DNA of 63,979 nucleotides, counting the filler, from Dimorphilus gyrociliatus (Eukaryota; Animalia; Annelida), in NCBI GenBank assembly GCA_904063045.1. It is 4 parts of 4 records of this genome, joined end to end, with 100 filler letters (N's around TTAATTAATTAA, not from the genome) between each part and the next. Parts side by side here need not be neighbours in the genome. Positions count along the whole stretch, not along the records: positions 57,998 to 63,979 come from CAJFCJ010000320.1; 3 more parts are not named here. One strand, written 5' to 3'. Under the pieces are notes generated by a model that did not search any database, was not told the origin of the DNA, and saw nothing but the letters and a program-made list of their open reading frames with translations. Shown here piece by piece: positions 61,250 to 63,979 of this stretch. Numbering within the stretch: position 1 is the first letter of the stretch; each line of letters opens with the position of its first letter. The translations under genes were made by a program, and so were the position numbers.

Positions 61250-63318
61250 AAATTCAATACTAATAATGTTAGATTTATGTTACAATACAATTAATTGTAT
61301 TCAAGGGTGAAACATTTGAAATTATTAATAATGGTATAAAATAGTCCGCATAAAAATTGAAACACCATAAATTTTGATAAGCCAAACATTAAAAAGACTT
61401 TTTTTTTAATTTTTTTTGTCTTAAATATTAGATTAAACCTAGACATATAAATGAATATCTTCTAAATAGAATTTAGGTAAGTTTTTATATAATTTTTTTG
61501 GTTTTATATTATGTATTGTTTTATTGGTCTATTCAACTTTTATTGGATTCATCTGATAGGCTCTTTTAGTTGTCCTAGCAGTATGGCACCCAGCATTGTC
61601 TTCCTGGAAGATGTATCCCTCCCCATTTTAGCTGATATATCTTTTATTACAGGCAGAACATCTTTCACTAAAAAACTGCTATAGTTTTTTCTTTATGCTC
61701 CATATCTCAAATTTACTTTAGACCAGTCTAGATTATCACTGATCATTTTAAGAAAATACGTTTTTCTTCTGTCATAATTGCTGGATGTGAGGTCAGATCT
61801 TTGTCTCACTCGTTTTTCTTGAAATTTTGTCTTTCAGCTCGCTTATTATTCTTTTCAACTAACTAATTAGCTAATATAATTAAAATTGACAAAAATTGAT
61901 AAACTTAACTTGGAGAATAGAATAGGTCAAAAAAATTTTAGTTCACAATGTTTCTTTTAATACCAAACCAGATATCCAGTGTCTGTTCCAATAATTATGA
62001 AATGAGGCCAAATAAAGAAAAAATTAATGAAAGCTATGAAAAATACTTTGCTAATAATATTCCCAAATATCATCAATTTCTCAAATATTTTTTCAATATT
62101 ATCTTTTTAATATAAACAAAAAAAACTATTTTCGTGAGAAAAAACATTTTTGACTGTTATTTTAAATTTAACCAAAGTTTAGGGTGTTTCAAAATATTTG
62201 CGGTCTACTGTATTTTAGATTTAAAAATGTTTTTTGGTTAGATAATTTGCACACTTCATTACATATACAACACATTCTTCTTGAATGTCGAACACTAAGT
62301 TTTTTCAAACCTGTCAAGCAATAACTGTGTTGCCATGGTATCATTCTCGTTCCTTTTCAATCCAAGATTCCAAACATATTGCACAGAGAAAGCCATTTTT
62401 ATCAGTCACATATCTTTGGGCGGTCAAATGTAATTTTTACAGTTTGCAAATAACAATATCGAAACTTCAAACTTTTCAACACTGATACATCACATTATAC
62501 TTTAGCATTGTTATTTTTATGTTATCAATGAGATAGCAAATCAGTTATCTAAACTATACAAAATTGAGGCTAAAACTAAATCTAATGGTTGATAAAGAAC
62601 ACTTTGCACTTTTTCAATTGTCTTCTGTTGTATTACTAATGTTGATTACTGTTTGTTTAGCCTAAATAAAAGCCAATGTATTGAAGATCGGTTCTGCTAT
62701 GGCCACAAAACTATATAATTTACTGTTAGTAACTGTATCAAAATGGTTTCTGTATTCTAATAAAAAAGGCAATAGCTCATATAATGGCTTGTGGCTACAC
62801 ATTATTACATGACTCTGAGATGTAATAAATAACATAGAAATTGAGATTCCACTAGGGATTAGCAAACTTTTACATGAACTATAGAAATTATCCAAAATTA
62901 ATAAACATTTATTTCCCTAACTCTTAGTGTTCACTCACACTTTTTAATAATTCATAAAAGGAAAAAAGTATGTATATTTCTGCAAAATAACTTTTTACAG
63001 AATGATTGATTCTACAGAGTAGTATGAAAAATTTTCAGAGATGAACAACATGGTGATCTATTTATACTTTCTATATGCAATTCTAATTTACTAAATTGCA
63101 TAAACATATATTAATTTCAGAAGTCTTTAAGGCTTGAGCACTGAATGCAAACAATCAAGATAACAATTTAGATTCGAAACACCATTTCTTCAAACTTTAC
63201 ACATCTTAGATCTGTAAAGAGCTTGTATTCATGGTGTGTCATAAAAACAAATATATATATAGACACATCAAATTATGAGTATTGGGGAATAGTGATAATA
63301 TACATCTTTTTTATACTT

Positions 63319-63979
63319 CTATGCAGTTGTTTCATTGTAGTACTTGGCATTTCCAGTTGTATTAGCACAACTATTTGCTCTATTGTGTAAAACTTTCCTT
63401 GGTGGTTCTCTGGAACTTCGCCATTTATAAATTACACCACCAAATGTTCCAATGAGAATGCAAACACCAATGGCTATACCTATACCAAGTCCTACCTTTG
63501 CACCAATTGTCATACCAGAAGAATCTGCTTTTAAAAGTGAATATGAAAAGAATTGTTTTTGTTTCAATCAAAATAAATAAAGAGGACATGGATATATACC
63601 TTTTATCACATCTGCTTGGCATACAAAGGGAAGGTAATTTCTATAGCAACTATGACTTGTCCAGTGGCCATGTAGAGAAGTATTTAATGAAACACAATTT
63701 CCTTTCTTATCATCCAAATCATACCAATATTCAAATTCTGGTTTATTTCCATTTTGCCAAATGTAATTACTAGTATTTGTTTTACTTAAACCAATCCATA
63801 AGCCTTTCATAAAATAAGGGAAATATTCTTTGGCATATCTTTCAATAAAGGTATTTTCTTCAAATGTTCTGATCTCTGCTAAGGATCCGTTTACTTCTCT
63901 GCAAAATTGTGCTGCTTTTTGATGATCTACATATTTGCCACTTCGAAAAAGAAAACATTTATTGCCATATAATTCCCAA
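63319..63979 (-). CDS. C-type lectin domain type-I membrane protein, 5'-partial
   Basis: WELYGNKCFLF..AAQFC..GSLAEI..LWIGL..W..CV..W....C..LPFVC; the 72-nt intron 63528-63599 joins in frame to the TM segment VGLGIGIAIGVCILIGTFGGVIY. Confidence 0.85.

Noticed and set aside
62285-62895. CAICLE motif and the 62662-62895 ORF as a RING or helicase gene
   Set aside because: Fragments are in different frames with stops and give no coherent domain.

Overview
The window is four separate contigs joined by identical artificial 100-bp spacers (N44-TTAATTAATTAA-N44) at 18909-19008, 50973-51072 and 57898-57997, so adjacency across spacers has no biological meaning. Contig A (1-18908) is very AT-rich and intronless and looks microsporidian: divergent histone H3, RPS11, ATG15-like lipase, dolichol kinase-like, Swi5-like, a ricin-B-like candidate and a chromodomain protein, with CCC motifs just upstream of most ATGs. 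It also holds two full-length Tc1 elements and Merlin/ISXO2-like fossils, one with a Tc1 nested inside. Contigs B-D (19009-63979) come from an invertebrate animal with short (about 50-80 nt) GT-AG introns. They carry PAN/fucolectin, CUB, LDLa/LRR, C-type lectin, ITIH-C-terminal-domain and GPCR genes, many of them disrupted, plus mariner, DD35E Tc1-like and BEL/Pao remnants, a MITE family with telomere-like motifs and a tRNA-Ile pseudogene. The strongest leads are an intronless bacterial-type HD hydrolase in the animal contig (HGT candidate), a possible Chp1/TASOR-like chromodomain protein in the microsporidian contig, and the co-occurrence of microsporidian and animal contigs. All family calls come from manual motif recognition; no database search was run.
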